From contig CM082581.2 of NCBI GenBank assembly GCA_040954595.2, positions 14,568,998 to 14,632,997 of the forward strand: a DNA stretch of 64,000 nt. Direction: 5' to 3'. This document shows, one piece after another, positions 52,001 to 64,000 of this stretch. Numbering within the stretch: the first letter of the stretch is position 1; every line of letters starts with the position of its first letter. A program made the translations under genes and the position numbers. This stretch comes from Balanoglossus misakiensis. Taxonomy: Eukaryota; Animalia; Hemichordata. The notes beneath the pieces are model-generated. The model did not search any database and was not told the origin of the DNA. It worked only from the letters and a program-made list of their open reading frames with translations.

Positions 52001-55000
52001 GTCGCCGGCAACTTGGCCCAGATTCACCGCGCCGTTACCACCGGAAGTCGTCGGCAACTTGGCCCGGATTCACAGGAAGTCCCCGGCAACTTGGCCCAGA
52101 TTCTTGCGCCGTTACGACCGGAAGTCGCCGGCAACTTGGCCCAGATTCACCGCGCCGTTACCACCGGAAGTCGCCGGCAACTTGGCCCTGATTCACCGCG
52201 CCGTTACGACCGGAAGTTGCCGCAACTTGGCCCAGATTCACCGCGCCGTTACCACCGGAAGTCGTCGGCAACTTGGCCCGGATTCACAGGAAGTCTCCGG
52301 CAACTTGGCCCAGATTCTTGCGCTGTTACGACCGGAAGTCGCCGGCAACTTGGCCCAGATTCACCGCGCCGTTACCACCGGAAGTCGCCGGCAACTTGGC
52401 CCTGATTCACCGCGCCGTTACGACCGGAAGTTGCCGCAACTTGGCCCGGATTCACAGGAAGTCTCCGGCAACTTGGCCCAGATTCTTGCGCCGTTACGAC
52501 CGGAAGTCGCTGGCAACTTGGCCCAGATTCACCGCGCCGTTACGACCGGAAGTCGCCGGCAACTTGGCCCGGATTCACCACGCCAACCAGATACCCAACC
52601 CCTTCGACCGCCAGGCTACGGCCGGAAGTGGAGGCCAACCTGATACCCAACCCCTTCGACCGCCAGGCTACGGCCGGAAGTGGAGGCCAACCTGATACCC
52701 AACCCCTTCGACCGCCAGGCTACGGCGGGAAGTGGAGGCCAACCTGATACCCAACCCCTTCGACCGCCAGGCTACGGCGGGAAGTGGAGGCCAACCTGAT
52801 ACCCAACCCCTTCGACCGCCAGGCTACGGCGGGAAGTGGAGGCCAACCTGATACCCAACCCCTTCGACCGCCAGGCTACGGCCGGAAGTGGAGGCCAACC
52901 AGATACCCAACCCCTTCGACCGCCAGGCTACGGCCGGAAGTGGAGGCCAACCAGATACCCAACCCCTTCGACCGCCAGCTACGGCCGGAAGTGGAGGCCA
53001 ACCTGATACCCAACCCCTTCGACCGCCAGGCTACGGCCGGAAGTGGAGGCCAACCTGATACCCAACCCCTTCGTCGCCAGGCTACGGCCGGAAGTGGAGG
53101 CCAACCAGATACCCAACCCCTTCGACCGCCAGGCTACGGCCGGAAGTGGAGGCCAACCAGATACCCAACCCCTTCGACCGCCAGGCTACGGCCGGAAGTG
53201 GAGGCCAACCTGATACCCAACCCCTTCGACCGCCAGGCTACGGCCGGAAGTGGAGGCCAACCTGATACCCAACCCCTTCGACCGCCAGGCTACGGCCGGA
53301 AGTGGAGGCCAACCTGTTACGACAGGAAGTCGCCGGCAACTTGGCCCAGATTCACGCCGTTACGACCGGAAGTCGCCATCAACTTGGCCCAGATTCACCG
53401 CGCCGTTACGACAGGAAGTCGCCGGCAACTTGGCCCAGATTCACCGCGCCGTTACGACAGGAAGTCGCCGGCAACTTGGCCCAGATTCACCACGCCTTTA
53501 CGACCGGAAGTCGCCGAAACTTGGCCCGGATTCACTGCGCCGTTCCGACCGGAAGTCGCCGGCAACTTGGCCAAGATTCAACTCGCCGTTCCGACCGAAA
53601 GTCGCCGGCAACTTGGCCAAGATTCAACTCGCCGTTACGACCGGAAGTCGGCGGCAACTTGGCCAAGATTCACGCCGTTACGACCGGAAGTCGCCATCAA
53701 CTTGGCCCAGATTCACCGCGCCGTTACGACAGGAAGTCGCCGGCAACTTGGCCCAGATTCACCGCGCCGTTACCACCGGAAGTCGCCGGCAACTTGGCCC
53801 TGATTCACCGCGCCGTTACGACCGGAAGTCGCCGCAACTTGGCCCGGATTCACAGGAAGTCCCCGGCAACTTGGCCCAGATTCTTGCGCCGTTACGACCG
53901 GAAGTCGCCGGCAACTTGGCCCAGATTCACCGCGCCGCTACCACCGGAAGTCGCCGGCAACTTGGCCCTGATTCACCGCGCCGTTACGACCGGAAGTTGC
54001 CGCAACTTGGCCCGGATTCACAGGAAGTCTCGGCAACTTGGCCCAGATTCTTGCGCCGATACGACCGGAAGTCGCCGGCAACTTGGCCCAGATTCACCGC
54101 GCCGTTACGACCGGAAGTCGCCGGCAACTTGGCCCGGATTCACCACGCCAACCAGATACCCAACCCCTTCGACCGCCAGGCTACGGCCGGAAGTGGAGGC
54201 CAACCTGATACCCGACCCCTTCGACCGCCAGGCTACGGCCGGAAGTGGAGGCCAACCTGATACCCAACCCCTTCGACCGCCAGGCTACGGCCGGAAGTGG
54301 AGGCCAACCTGATGCCCAACCCCTTCGACCGCCAGGCTACGGCCGGAAGTGGAGGCCAACCTGATGCCCAACCCCTTCGACCGCCAGGCTACGGCCGGAA
54401 GTAGAGGCCAACCTGATACCCAACCCCTTCGACCGCCAGGCTACGGCCGGAAGTGGAGGCCAACCTGATACCCAACCCCTTCGACCGCCAGGCTACGGCC
54501 GGAAGTGGAGGCCAACCTGATACCCAACCCCTTCGACCGCCAGGCTACGGCGGGAAGTGGAGGCCAACCTGATACCCAACCCCTTCGACCGCCAGGCTAC
54601 GGCGGGAAGTGGAGGCCAACCTGATACCCAACCCCTTCGACCGCCAGGCTACGGCCGGAAGTGGAGGCCAACCTGATACCCAACCCCTTCGACCGCCAGG
54701 CTACGGCGGGAAGTGGAGGCCAACCTGATACCCAACCCCTTCGACCGCCAGGCTACGGCCGGAAGTGGAGGCCAACCTGATACCCAACCCTTCGACCGCC
54801 AGGCTACGGCCGGAAGTGGAGGCCAACCTGATACCCAACCCCTTCGACCGCCAGGCTACGGCCGGAAGTGGAGGCCAACCTGTTACGACAGGAAGTCGCC
54901 GGCAACTTGGCCCAGATTCACGCCGTTACGACCGGAAGTCGCCATCAACTTGGCCCAGATTCACCGCGCCGTTACGACAGGAAGTCGCCGGCAACTTGGC

Positions 55001-55227
55001 CCAGATTCACCGCGCCGTTACCACCGGAAGTCGCCGGCAACTTGGCCCTGATTCACCGCGCCGTTACGACCGGAAGTTGCCGCAACTTGGCCCGGATTCA
55101 CAGGAAGTCTCGGCAACTTGGCCCAGATTCTTGCGCCGATACGACCGGAAGTCGCCGGCAACTTGGCCCAGATTCACCGCGCCGTTACGACCGGAAGTCG
55201 CCGGCAACTTGGCCCGGATTCACCACG
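46083..55227 (+). repeat. Interleaved blocks of the 52-bp and 46-bp satellites
   Basis: 46-mer islands at about 48024-48578, 49116-49502, 50040-50808, 51814-52582, 53316-54147 and 54882-55227, separated by 52-mer runs. Confidence 0.97.
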
Positions 55228-58200
55228 CCAACCAGATACCCAATCCCTTCGACCGCCAGGCTACGGCCGGAAGTGGAGGCCAACCTGATGCCCAACCCCT
55301 TCGACCGCCAGGCTACGGCCGGAAGTGGAGGCCAACCTGATGCCCAACCCCTTCGACCGCCAGGCTACGGCCGGAAGTGGAGGCCAACCTGATGCCCAAC
55401 CCCTTCGACCGCCAGGCTACGGCCGGAAGTGGAGGCCAACCTGATGCCCAACCCCTTCGACCGCCAGGCTACGGCCGGAAGTGGAGGCCAACCAGATGCC
55501 CAACCCCTTCGACCGCCAGGCTACGGCCGGAAGTGGAGGCCAACCTGATACCCAACCCCTTCGACCGCCAGGCTACGGCCGGAAGTGGAGGCCAACCTGA
55601 TACCCAACCCCTTCGACCGCCAGGCTACGGCCGGAAGTGGAGGCCAACCTGATACCCAACCCCTTCGACCGCCAGGCTACGGCGGGAAGTGGAGGCCAAC
55701 CTGATACCCAACCCCTTCGGCCGCCAGGCTACGGCGGGAAGTGGAGGCCAACCTGATACCCAACCCCTTCGGCCGCCAGGCTACGGCGGGAAGTGGAGGC
55801 CAACCAGATACCCAACCCCTTCGGCCGCCAGGCTACGGCGGGAAGTGGAGGCCAACCAGATACCCAACCCCTTCGGCCGCCAGGCTACGGCCGGAAGTGG
55901 AGGCCAACCAGATACCCAACCCCTTCGGCCGCCAGGCTACGGCCGGAAGTGGAGGCCAACCTGATACCCAACCCCTTCGGCCGCCAGGCTACGGCCGGAA
56001 GTGGAGGCCAACCTGATACCCAACCCCTTCGGCCGCCAGGCTACGGCCGGAAGTGGAGGCCAACCTGATACCCAACCCCTTCGGCCGCCAGGCTACGGCC
56101 GGAAGTGGAGGCCAACCTGATACCCAACCCCTTCGGCCGCCAGGCTACGGCCGGAAGTGGAGGCCAACCTGATACCCAACCCCTTCGGCCGCCAGGCTAC
56201 GGCCGGAAGTGGAGGCCAACCTGATACCCAACCCCTTCGGCCGCCAGGCTACGGCCGGAAGTGGAGGCCAACCTGATACCCAACCCCTTCGGCCGCCAGG
56301 CTACGGCCGGAAGTGGAGGCCAACCTGATACCCAACCCCTTCGGCCGCCAGGCTACGGCCGGAAGTGGAGGCCAACCTGATACCCAACCCCTTCGGCCGC
56401 CAGGCTACGGCCGGAAGTGGAGGCCAACCTGATACCCAACCCCTTCGGCCGCCAGGCTACGGCCGGAAGTGGAGGCCAACCTGATACCCAACCCCTTCGG
56501 CCGCCAGGCTACGGCCGGAAGTGGAGGCCAACCTGATACCCAACCCCTTCGGCCGCCAGGCTACGGCCGGAAGTGGAGGCCAACCTGATACCCAACCCTT
56601 CGGCCGCCAGGCTACGGCCGGAAGTGGAGGCCAACCTGATACCCAACCCCTTCGGCCGCCAGGCTACGGCCGGAAGTGGAGGCCAACCTGATACCCAACC
56701 CCTTCGGCCGCCAGGCTACGGCCGGAAGTGGAGGCCAACCTGATACCCAACCCCTTCGGCCGCCAGGCTACGGCCGGAAGTGGAGGCCAACCTGATACCC
56801 AACCCCTTCGGCCGCCAGGCTACGGCCGGAAGTGGAGGCCAACCTGATACCCAACCCCTTCGGCCGCCAGGCTACGGCCGGAAGTGGAGGCCAACCTGAT
56901 ACCCAACCCCTTCGGCCGCCAGGCTACGGCCGGAAGTGGAGGCCAACCTGATACCCAACCCCTTCGGCCGCCAGGCTACGGCCGGAAGTGGAGGCCAACC
57001 TGATACCCAACCCCTTCGGCCGCCAGGCTACGGCCGGAAGTGGAGGCCAACCTGATACCCAACCCCTTCGGCCGCCAGGCTACGGCCGGAAGTGGAGGCC
57101 AACCTGATACCCAACCCCTTCGGCCGCCAGGCTACGGCCGGAAGTGGAGGCCAACCTGATACCCAACCCTTCGGCCGCCAGGCTACGGCCGGAAGTGGAG
57201 GCCAACCTGATACCCAACCCCTTCGGCCGCCAGGCTACGGCCGGAAGTGGAGGCCAACCTGATACCCAACCCCTTCGGCCGCCAGGCTACGGCCGGAAGT
57301 GGAGGCCAACCTGATACCCAACCCCTTCGGCCGCCAGGCTACGGCCGGAAGTGGAGGCCAACCTGATACCCAACCCCTTCGGCCGCCAGGCTACGGCCGG
57401 AAGTGGAGGCCAACCTGATACCCAACCCCTTCGGCCGCCAGGCTACGGCCGGAAGTGGAGGCCAACCTGATACCCAACCCCTTCGGCCGCCAGGCTACGG
57501 CCGGAAGTGGAGGCCAACCTGATACCCAACCCCTTCGGCCGCCAGGCTACGGCCGGAAGTGGAGGCCAACCTGATACCCAACCCCTTCGGCCGCCAGGCT
57601 ACGGCCGGAAGTGGAGGCCAACCTGATACCCAACCCCTTCGGCCGCCAGGCTACGGCCGGAAGTGGAGGCCAACCTGATACCCAACCCCTTCGGCCGCCA
57701 GGCTACGGCCGGAAGTGGAGGCCAACCTGATACCCAACCCCTTCGGCCGCCAGGGCTACGGCCGGAAGTGGAGGCCAACCAGATACCCAACCCCTTCGGC
57801 CGCCAGGCTACGGCCGGAAGTGGAGGCCAACCAGATACCCAACCCTTCGGCCGCCAGGCTACGGCCGGAAGTGGAGGCCAACCTGATACCCAACCCCTTC
57901 GGCCGCCAGGCTACGGCCGGGAAGTGGAGGCCAACCTGATACCCAACCCCTTCGGCCGCCAGGCTACGGCCGGAAGTGGAGGCCAACCTGATACCCAACC
58001 CCTTCGGCCGCCAGGCTACGGCCGGAAGTGGAGGCCAACCTGATACCCAACCCCTTCGGCCGCCAGGCTACGGCGGAAGTGGAGGCCAACCTGATACCCA
58101 ACCCCTTCGGCCGCCAGGCTACGGCCGGAAGTGGAGGCCAACCTGATACCCAACCCCTTCGGCCGCCAGGCTACGGCCGGAAGTGGAGGCCAACCTGATA

Positions 58201-61200
58201 CCCAACCCCTTCGGCCGCCAGGCTACGGCCGGAAGTGGAGGCCAACCTGATACCCAACCCCTTCGGCCGCCAGGCTACGGCCGGAAGTGGAGGCCAACCT
58301 GATACCCAACCCCTTCGGCCGCCAGGCTACGGCCGGAAGTGGAGGCCAACCTGATACCCAACCCCTTCGGCCGCCAGGCTACGGCCGGAAGTGGAGGCCA
58401 ACCTGATACCCAACCCCTTCGGCCGCCAGGCTACGGCCGGAAGTGGAGGCCAACCTGATACCCAACCCCTTCGGCCGCCAGGCTACGGCCGGAAGTGGAG
58501 GCCAACCTGTTACCCAACCCCTTCGGCCGCCAGGCTACGGCCGGAAGTGGAGGCCAACCTGATACCCAACCCCTTCGGCCGCCAGGCTACGGCCGGAAGT
58601 GGAGGCCAACCTGATACCCAACCCCTTCGGCCGCCAGGCTACGGCCGGAAGTGGAGGCCAACCTGATACCCAACCCCTTCGGCCGCCAGGCTACGGCCGG
58701 AAGTGGAGGCCAACCTGATACCCAACCCCTTCGGCCGCCATTCTACGGCCGGGAAGTGGAGGCCAACCTGATACCCAACCCCTTCGGCCGCCAGGCTACG
58801 GCCGGAAGTGGAGGCCAACCTGATACCCAACCCCTTCGGCCGCCAGGCTACGGCCGGAAGTGGAGGCCAACCTGATACCCAACCCCTTCGGCCGCCAGGC
58901 TACGGCCGGAAGTGGAGGCCAACCTGATACCCAACCCCTTCGGCCGCCAGGCTACGGCCGGAAGTGGAGGCCAACCTGATACCCAACCCCTTCGGCCGCC
59001 AGGCTACGGCCGGAAGTGGAGGCCAACCTGATACCCAACCCCTTCGGCCGCCAGGCTACGGCCGGAAGTGGAGGCCAACCTGATACCCAACCCCTTCGGC
59101 CGCCAGGCTACGGCCGGAAGTGGAGGCCAACCTGATACCCAACCCCTTCGGCCGCCAGGCTACGGCCGGAAGTGGAGGCCAACCTGTTACCCAACCCCTT
59201 CGGCCGCCAGGCTACGGCCGGAAGTGGAGGCCAACCTGATACCCAACCCCTTCGGCCGCCAGGCTACGGCCGGAAGTGGAGGCCAACCTGATACCCAACC
59301 CCTTCGGCCGCCAGGCTACGGCCGGAAGTGGAGGCCAACCTGATACCCAACCCCTTCGGCCGCCAGGCTACGGCCGGAAGTGGAGGCCAACCTGATACCC
59401 AACCCCTTCGGCCGCCAGGCTACGGCCGGAAGTGGAGGCCAACCTGATACCCAACCCCTTCGGCCGCCAGGCTACGGCCGGAAGTGGAGGCCAACCTGAT
59501 ACCCAACCCCTTCGGCCGCCAGGCTACGGCCGGAAGTGGAGGCCAACCTGATACCCAACCCCTTCGGCCGCCAGGCTACGGCCGGAAGTGGAGGCCAACC
59601 TGATACCCAACCCCTTCGGCCGCCAGGCTACGGCCGGAAGTGGAGGCCAACCTGATACCCAACCCCTTCGGCCGCCAGGCTACGGCCGGAAGTGGAGGCC
59701 AACCTGATACCCAACCCCTTCGGCCGCCAGGCTACGGCCGGAAGTGGAGGCCAACCTGATACCCAACCCCTTCGGCCGCCAGGCTACGGCCGGAAGTGGA
59801 GGCCAACCTGATACCCAACCCCTTCGGCCGCCAGGCTACGGCCGGAAGTGGAGGCCAACCTGATACCCAACCCCTTCGGCCGCCAGGCTACGGCCGGAAG
59901 TGGAGGCCAACCTGATACCCAACCCTTCGGCCGCCAGGCTACGGCCGGAAGTGGAGGCCAACCTGATACCCAACCCCTTCGGCCGCCAGGCTACGGCCGG
60001 AAGTGGAGGCCAACCTGATACCCAACCCCTTCGGCCGCCAGGCTACGGCCGGAAGTGGAGGCCAACCTGATACCCAACCCCTTCGGCCGCCAGGCTACGG
60101 CCGGAAGTGGAGGCCAACCTGATACCCAACCCCTTCGGCCGCCAGGCTACGGCCGGAAGTGGAGGCCAACCTGATACCCAACCCCTTCGGCCGCCAGGCT
60201 ACGGCCGGAAGTGGAGGCCAACCTGATACCCAACCCCTTCGGCCGCCAGGCTACGGCCGAAGTGGAGGCCAACCTGATACCCAACCCCTTCGGCCGCCAG
60301 GCTACGGCCGGAAGTGGAGGCCAACCTGTTACCCAACCCCTTCGGCCGCCAGGCTACGGCCGGAAGTGGAGGCCAACCTGATACCCAACCCCTTCGGCCG
60401 CCATTCTACGGCCGGAAGTGGAGGCCAACCTGATACCCAAACCCCTTCGGCCGCCATTCTACGGCCGGAAGTGGAGGCCAACCTGATACCCAACCCCTTC
60501 GGCCGCCAGGCTACGGCCGGAAGTGGAGGCCAACCTGATACCCAACCCCTTCGGCCGCCAGGCTACGGCCGGAAGTGGAGGCCAACCTGATACCCAACCC
60601 CTTCGGCCGCCAGGCTACGGCCGGAAGTGGAGGCCAACCTGATACCCAACCCCTTCGGCCGCCAGGCTACGGCCGGAAGTGGAGGCCAACCTGATACCCA
60701 ACCCCTTCGGCCGCCAGGCTACGGCCGGAAGTGGAGGCCAACCTGATACCCAACCCCTTCGGCCGCCAGGCTACGGCCGGAAGTGGAGGCCAACCTGATA
60801 CCCAACCCCTTCGGCCGCCAGGCTACGGCCGGAAGTGGAGGCCAACCTGATACCCAACCCCTTCGGCCGCCAGGCTACGGCCGGAAGTGGAGGCCAACCT
60901 GATACCCAACCCCTTCGGCCGCCAGGCTACGGCCGGAAGTGGAGGCCAACCTGATACCCAACCCCTTCGGCCGCCAGGCTACGGCCGGAAGTGGAGGCCA
61001 ACCTGATACCCAACCCCTTCGGCCGCCAGGCTACGGCCGGAAGTGGAGGCCAACCTGATACCCAACCCCTTCGGCCGCCAGGCTACGGCCGGAAGTGGAG
61101 GCCAACCTGATACCCAACCCCTTCGGCCGCCAGGCTACGGCCGGAAGTGGAGGCCAACCTGATACCCAACCCCTTCGGCCGCCAGGCTACGGCCGGAAGT

Positions 61201-61912
61201 GGAGGCCAACCTGATACCCAACCCCTTCGGCCGCCAGGCTACGGCCGGAAGTGGAGGCCAACCTGATACCCAACCCCTTCGGCCGCCAGGCTACGGCCGG
61301 AAGTGGAGGCCAACCTGATACCCAACCCCTTCGGCCGCCAGGCTACGGCCGGAAGTGGAGGCCAACCTGATACCCAACCCCTTCGGCCGCCAGGCTACGG
61401 CCGGAAGTGGAGGCCAACCTGATACCCAACCCCTTCGGCCGCCAGGCTACGGCCGGAAGTGGAGGCCAACCTGATACCCAACCCCTTCGGCCGCCAGGCT
61501 ACGGCCGGAAGTGGAGGCCAACCTGATACCCAACCCCTTCGGCCGCCAGGCTACGGCCGGAAGTGGAGGCCAACCTGATACCCCAACCCCTTCGGCCGCC
61601 AGGCTACGGCCGGAAGTGGAGGCCAACCTGATACCCAACCCCTTCGGCCGCCAGGCTACGGCCGGAAGTGGAGGCCAACCTGATACCCAACCCCTTCGGC
61701 CGCCAGGCTACGGCCGGAAGTGGAGGCCAACCTGATACCCAACCCCTTCGGCCGCCAGGCTACGGCCGGAAGTGGAGGCCAACTGATACCCAACCCCCTT
61801 CGGCCGCCAGGCTACGGCCGGAAGTGGAGGCCAACCTGATACCCAACCCCTTCGGCCGCCAGGCTACGGCCGGAAGTGGAGGCCAACCTGATACCCAACC
61901 CCTTCGGCCGCC
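55228..61912 (+). repeat. Telomere-adjacent homogeneous 52-bp satellite array
   Basis: Consensus CCTGATACCCAACCCCTTCG[A/G]CCGCCAGGCTACGGCCGGAAGTGGAGGCCAA; the G variant is fixed from 55720 onward. Confidence 0.99.
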
Positions 61913-62730
61913 AGGGTTAGGGTTAGGGTTAGGGTTAGGTTAGGGTTAGGGTTAGGGTTAGGGTTAGGGTTAGGGTTAGGGTTAGGGTTAGGGAAGGGTT
62001 AGGTTAGGGTTAGGGTTAGGGTTAGGGTTAGGGTTAGGGTTAGGGGTTAGGGTTAGGGTTAGGGTTAGGGTTAGGGTTAGGGTTAGGGTTAGGGTTAGGG
62101 TTAGGGTTAGGGTTAGGGTTAGGGTTAGGGTTAGGGTTAGGGTTAGGGTTAGGGTTAGGTTAGGGTTAGGGTTAGGGTTAGGGTTAGGGTTAGGGTTAGG
62201 GTTAGGGTTAGGGTTAGGGTTAGGGTTAGGGTTAGGGTTAGGGTTAGGGTTAGGGTTAGGGTTAGGGTTAGGGTTAGGGTTAGGGTTAGGGTTAGGGTTA
62301 GGGTTAGGGTTAGGGTTAGGGTTAGGGTTAGGGTTAGGGTTAGGGTTAGGGTTAGGGTTAGGGTTAGGGTTAGGGTTAGGGTTAGGGTTAGGGTTAGGGT
62401 TAGGGTTAGGGGGGTTAGGGTTAGGGTTAGGGTTAGGGTTAGGGTTAGGGTTAGGGTTAGGGTTAGGGTTAGGGGTAGGGTTAGGGTTAGGGTTAGGGTT
62501 AGGGTTAGGGTTAGGGTTAGGGTTAGGGTTAGGGTTAGGGTTAGGGTTAGGGTTAGGGTTAGGGTTAGGGTTAGGTTAGGGTTAGGGTTAGGGTTAGGGT
62601 TAGGGTTAGGGTTAGGGTTAGGGTTAGGGTTAGGGTTAGGGTTAGGGTTAGGGTTAGGGTTAGGGTTAGGGTTAGGGTTAGGGTTAGGGTTAGGGTTAGG
62701 GTTAGGGTTAGGGTTAGGTTAGGGTTAGGG

Positions 62731-62771
<41 letters not shown>

Positions 62772-64000
62772 GGTTAGGGTTAGGGTTAGGGTTAGGTTAG
62801 GGTTAGGGTTAGGGTTAGGGTTAGGGTTAGGGTTAGGGTTATAGGGTTAGGGTTAGGGTTAGGGGTTAGGGTTAGGGTTAGGGTTAGGGTTAGGGTTAGG
62901 GTTAGGGTTAGGGTTAGGGTTAGGGTTAGGGTTAGGGTTAGGGTTAGGGTAGGGTTAGGGTTAGGGTTAGGGTTAGGGTTAGGGTTAGGGTAGGTTAGGG
63001 TTAGGTTAGGGTTAGGGTTAGGGTTAGGGTTAGGGTTAGGGTTAGGGGTTAGGGTTAGGGTTAGGTTAGGGTTAGGGTTAGGGTAGGGTTAGGGTTAGGG
63101 TTAGGGTTAGGGTTAGGGTTAGGGTTAGGGTTAGGGTTAGGGTTAGGTTAGGGTTAGGGTTAGGGTTAGGGTTAGGGTTAGGGTTAGGTTAGGGTTAGGG
63201 TTAGGGTTAGGGTTAGGGTTAGGGTAGGGTTAGGGTTAGGGTTAGGGTTAGGTTAGGGTTAGGGTTAGGGTTAGGGTTAGGGTTAGGGTTAGGGTAGGTA
63301 TGGGTTAGGGTTAGGGTTAGGGTTAGGGTTAGGGTTAGGGTTAGGGTTAGGGTTAGGGTTAGGGTTAGGGTTAGGGTTAGGGTAGGGTTAGGGTTAGGGT
63401 TTAGGATTAGGGTTAGGGTTAGGGGATAGGGTAAGGGTTAGGGTTAGGTATCGTGGTTAGGGATTAGGGTTAGGGTTAGGGTTAGGGTTAGGGTTATTGT
63501 CGTGTATGGTTAGGGTTTGGGTTAGGGTTAGGTTAGGGTTAAGGTTAGGGTTAGGGTTAGGGTTAGGGTGAGGGTTGGTTAGGGTTAGGGTTAGGGTCGG
63601 GTTAGGGTTAGGGTTGGGTTAGGGTTAGGGTTAGGGTTAGGGTTAGGGTTAGGGTTAGGGTTAGGGTTAGGGTTAGGGTTAGGTGGTTAGGGTTAGGGTT
63701 AGGGTTAGGGTTAGGGTTAGGGTTAGGGTTAGGGTTAGGGTTAGGGTTAGGGTTAGGTTGGGTTAGGGTTAGGGTTAGGGTTAGGGTTAGGGTTAGGGTG
63801 GGTTAGGGTTAGGGTTAGGGTTAGGGGTAGGGGATAGGGTTAGGGGTAGGGGTTAGGGTAGGGTTAGGGTTAGGGTTAGGGTTAGGGTATAGGGGTTGGT
63901 TAGGGTTAGGGTTAGGGTTAGGGTTAGGGTTAGGGTTGGGTTAGGGTTGGGTTAGGGTTAGGGTTAGGGGGTGGGGTTAGGGTTAGGGTTAGGGTTAGGG
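61913..64000 (+). repeat. Telomere (TTAGGG)n, G-strand running 5'->3' to the end of the window
   Basis: About 2.1 kb (~345 units) of TTAGGG in the orientation expected for a right chromosome end. Confidence 0.99.

Noticed and set aside
40054-61912. Telomere-specific retrotransposon (TART/HeT-A/SART/TRAS-like) or rDNA
   Set aside because: No reverse transcriptase, gag or endonuclease motifs, no poly(A) junctions and no rRNA-like sequence; only short-period satellites.
46083-61943. Many MEANLIPNPF... ORFs; CRISPR-like regular repeats
   Set aside because: These are translations of the 52-bp satellite from non-ATG starts. The repeats are head-to-tail with no unique spacers and no cas genes, in a eukaryotic context.
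62900-64000. Variant telomeric units increasing toward the end
   Set aside because: Non-recurrent indels and substitutions concentrated at the contig tip are best explained by low-coverage read error.

Overview
Eukaryotic (animal) chromosome end, oriented centromere to telomere. It finishes in ~2.1 kb of (TTAGGG)n at 61913-64000. AT-rich spliceosomal introns and the TTAGGG telomere suggest an invertebrate metazoan; the species cannot be determined from the sequence alone. The first ~23 kb hold two convergent genes. One is the last two coding exons of FANCI (+). The other is a complete 11-coding-exon gene (-) of ~883 aa, with a Gab/DOS/PLEKHS1-type PH domain, a Pro/Tyr-motif-rich linker and syntenin-like tandem PDZ domains; it is the last recognisable protein-coding gene on the arm. 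From ~27.7 kb the subtelomere is layered: a foldback with (CATA)n/(TATG)n arms; a ~10 kb AT-rich 281/385-bp satellite whose units look like exons and form a 2396-bp higher-order repeat; a truncated second copy of the flank carrying an inverted CCCTAA tract; a 21-bp C-rich minisatellite; then ~19 kb of two related, interleaved, CpG-dense satellites (46 bp and 52 bp). Nearly every 46/52-bp unit carries a co-oriented ETS-type (C/A)GGAAGT core. The telomere is joined directly to the last 52-mer through an AGG microhomology. The long ORFs beyond 28 kb are repeat artefacts.
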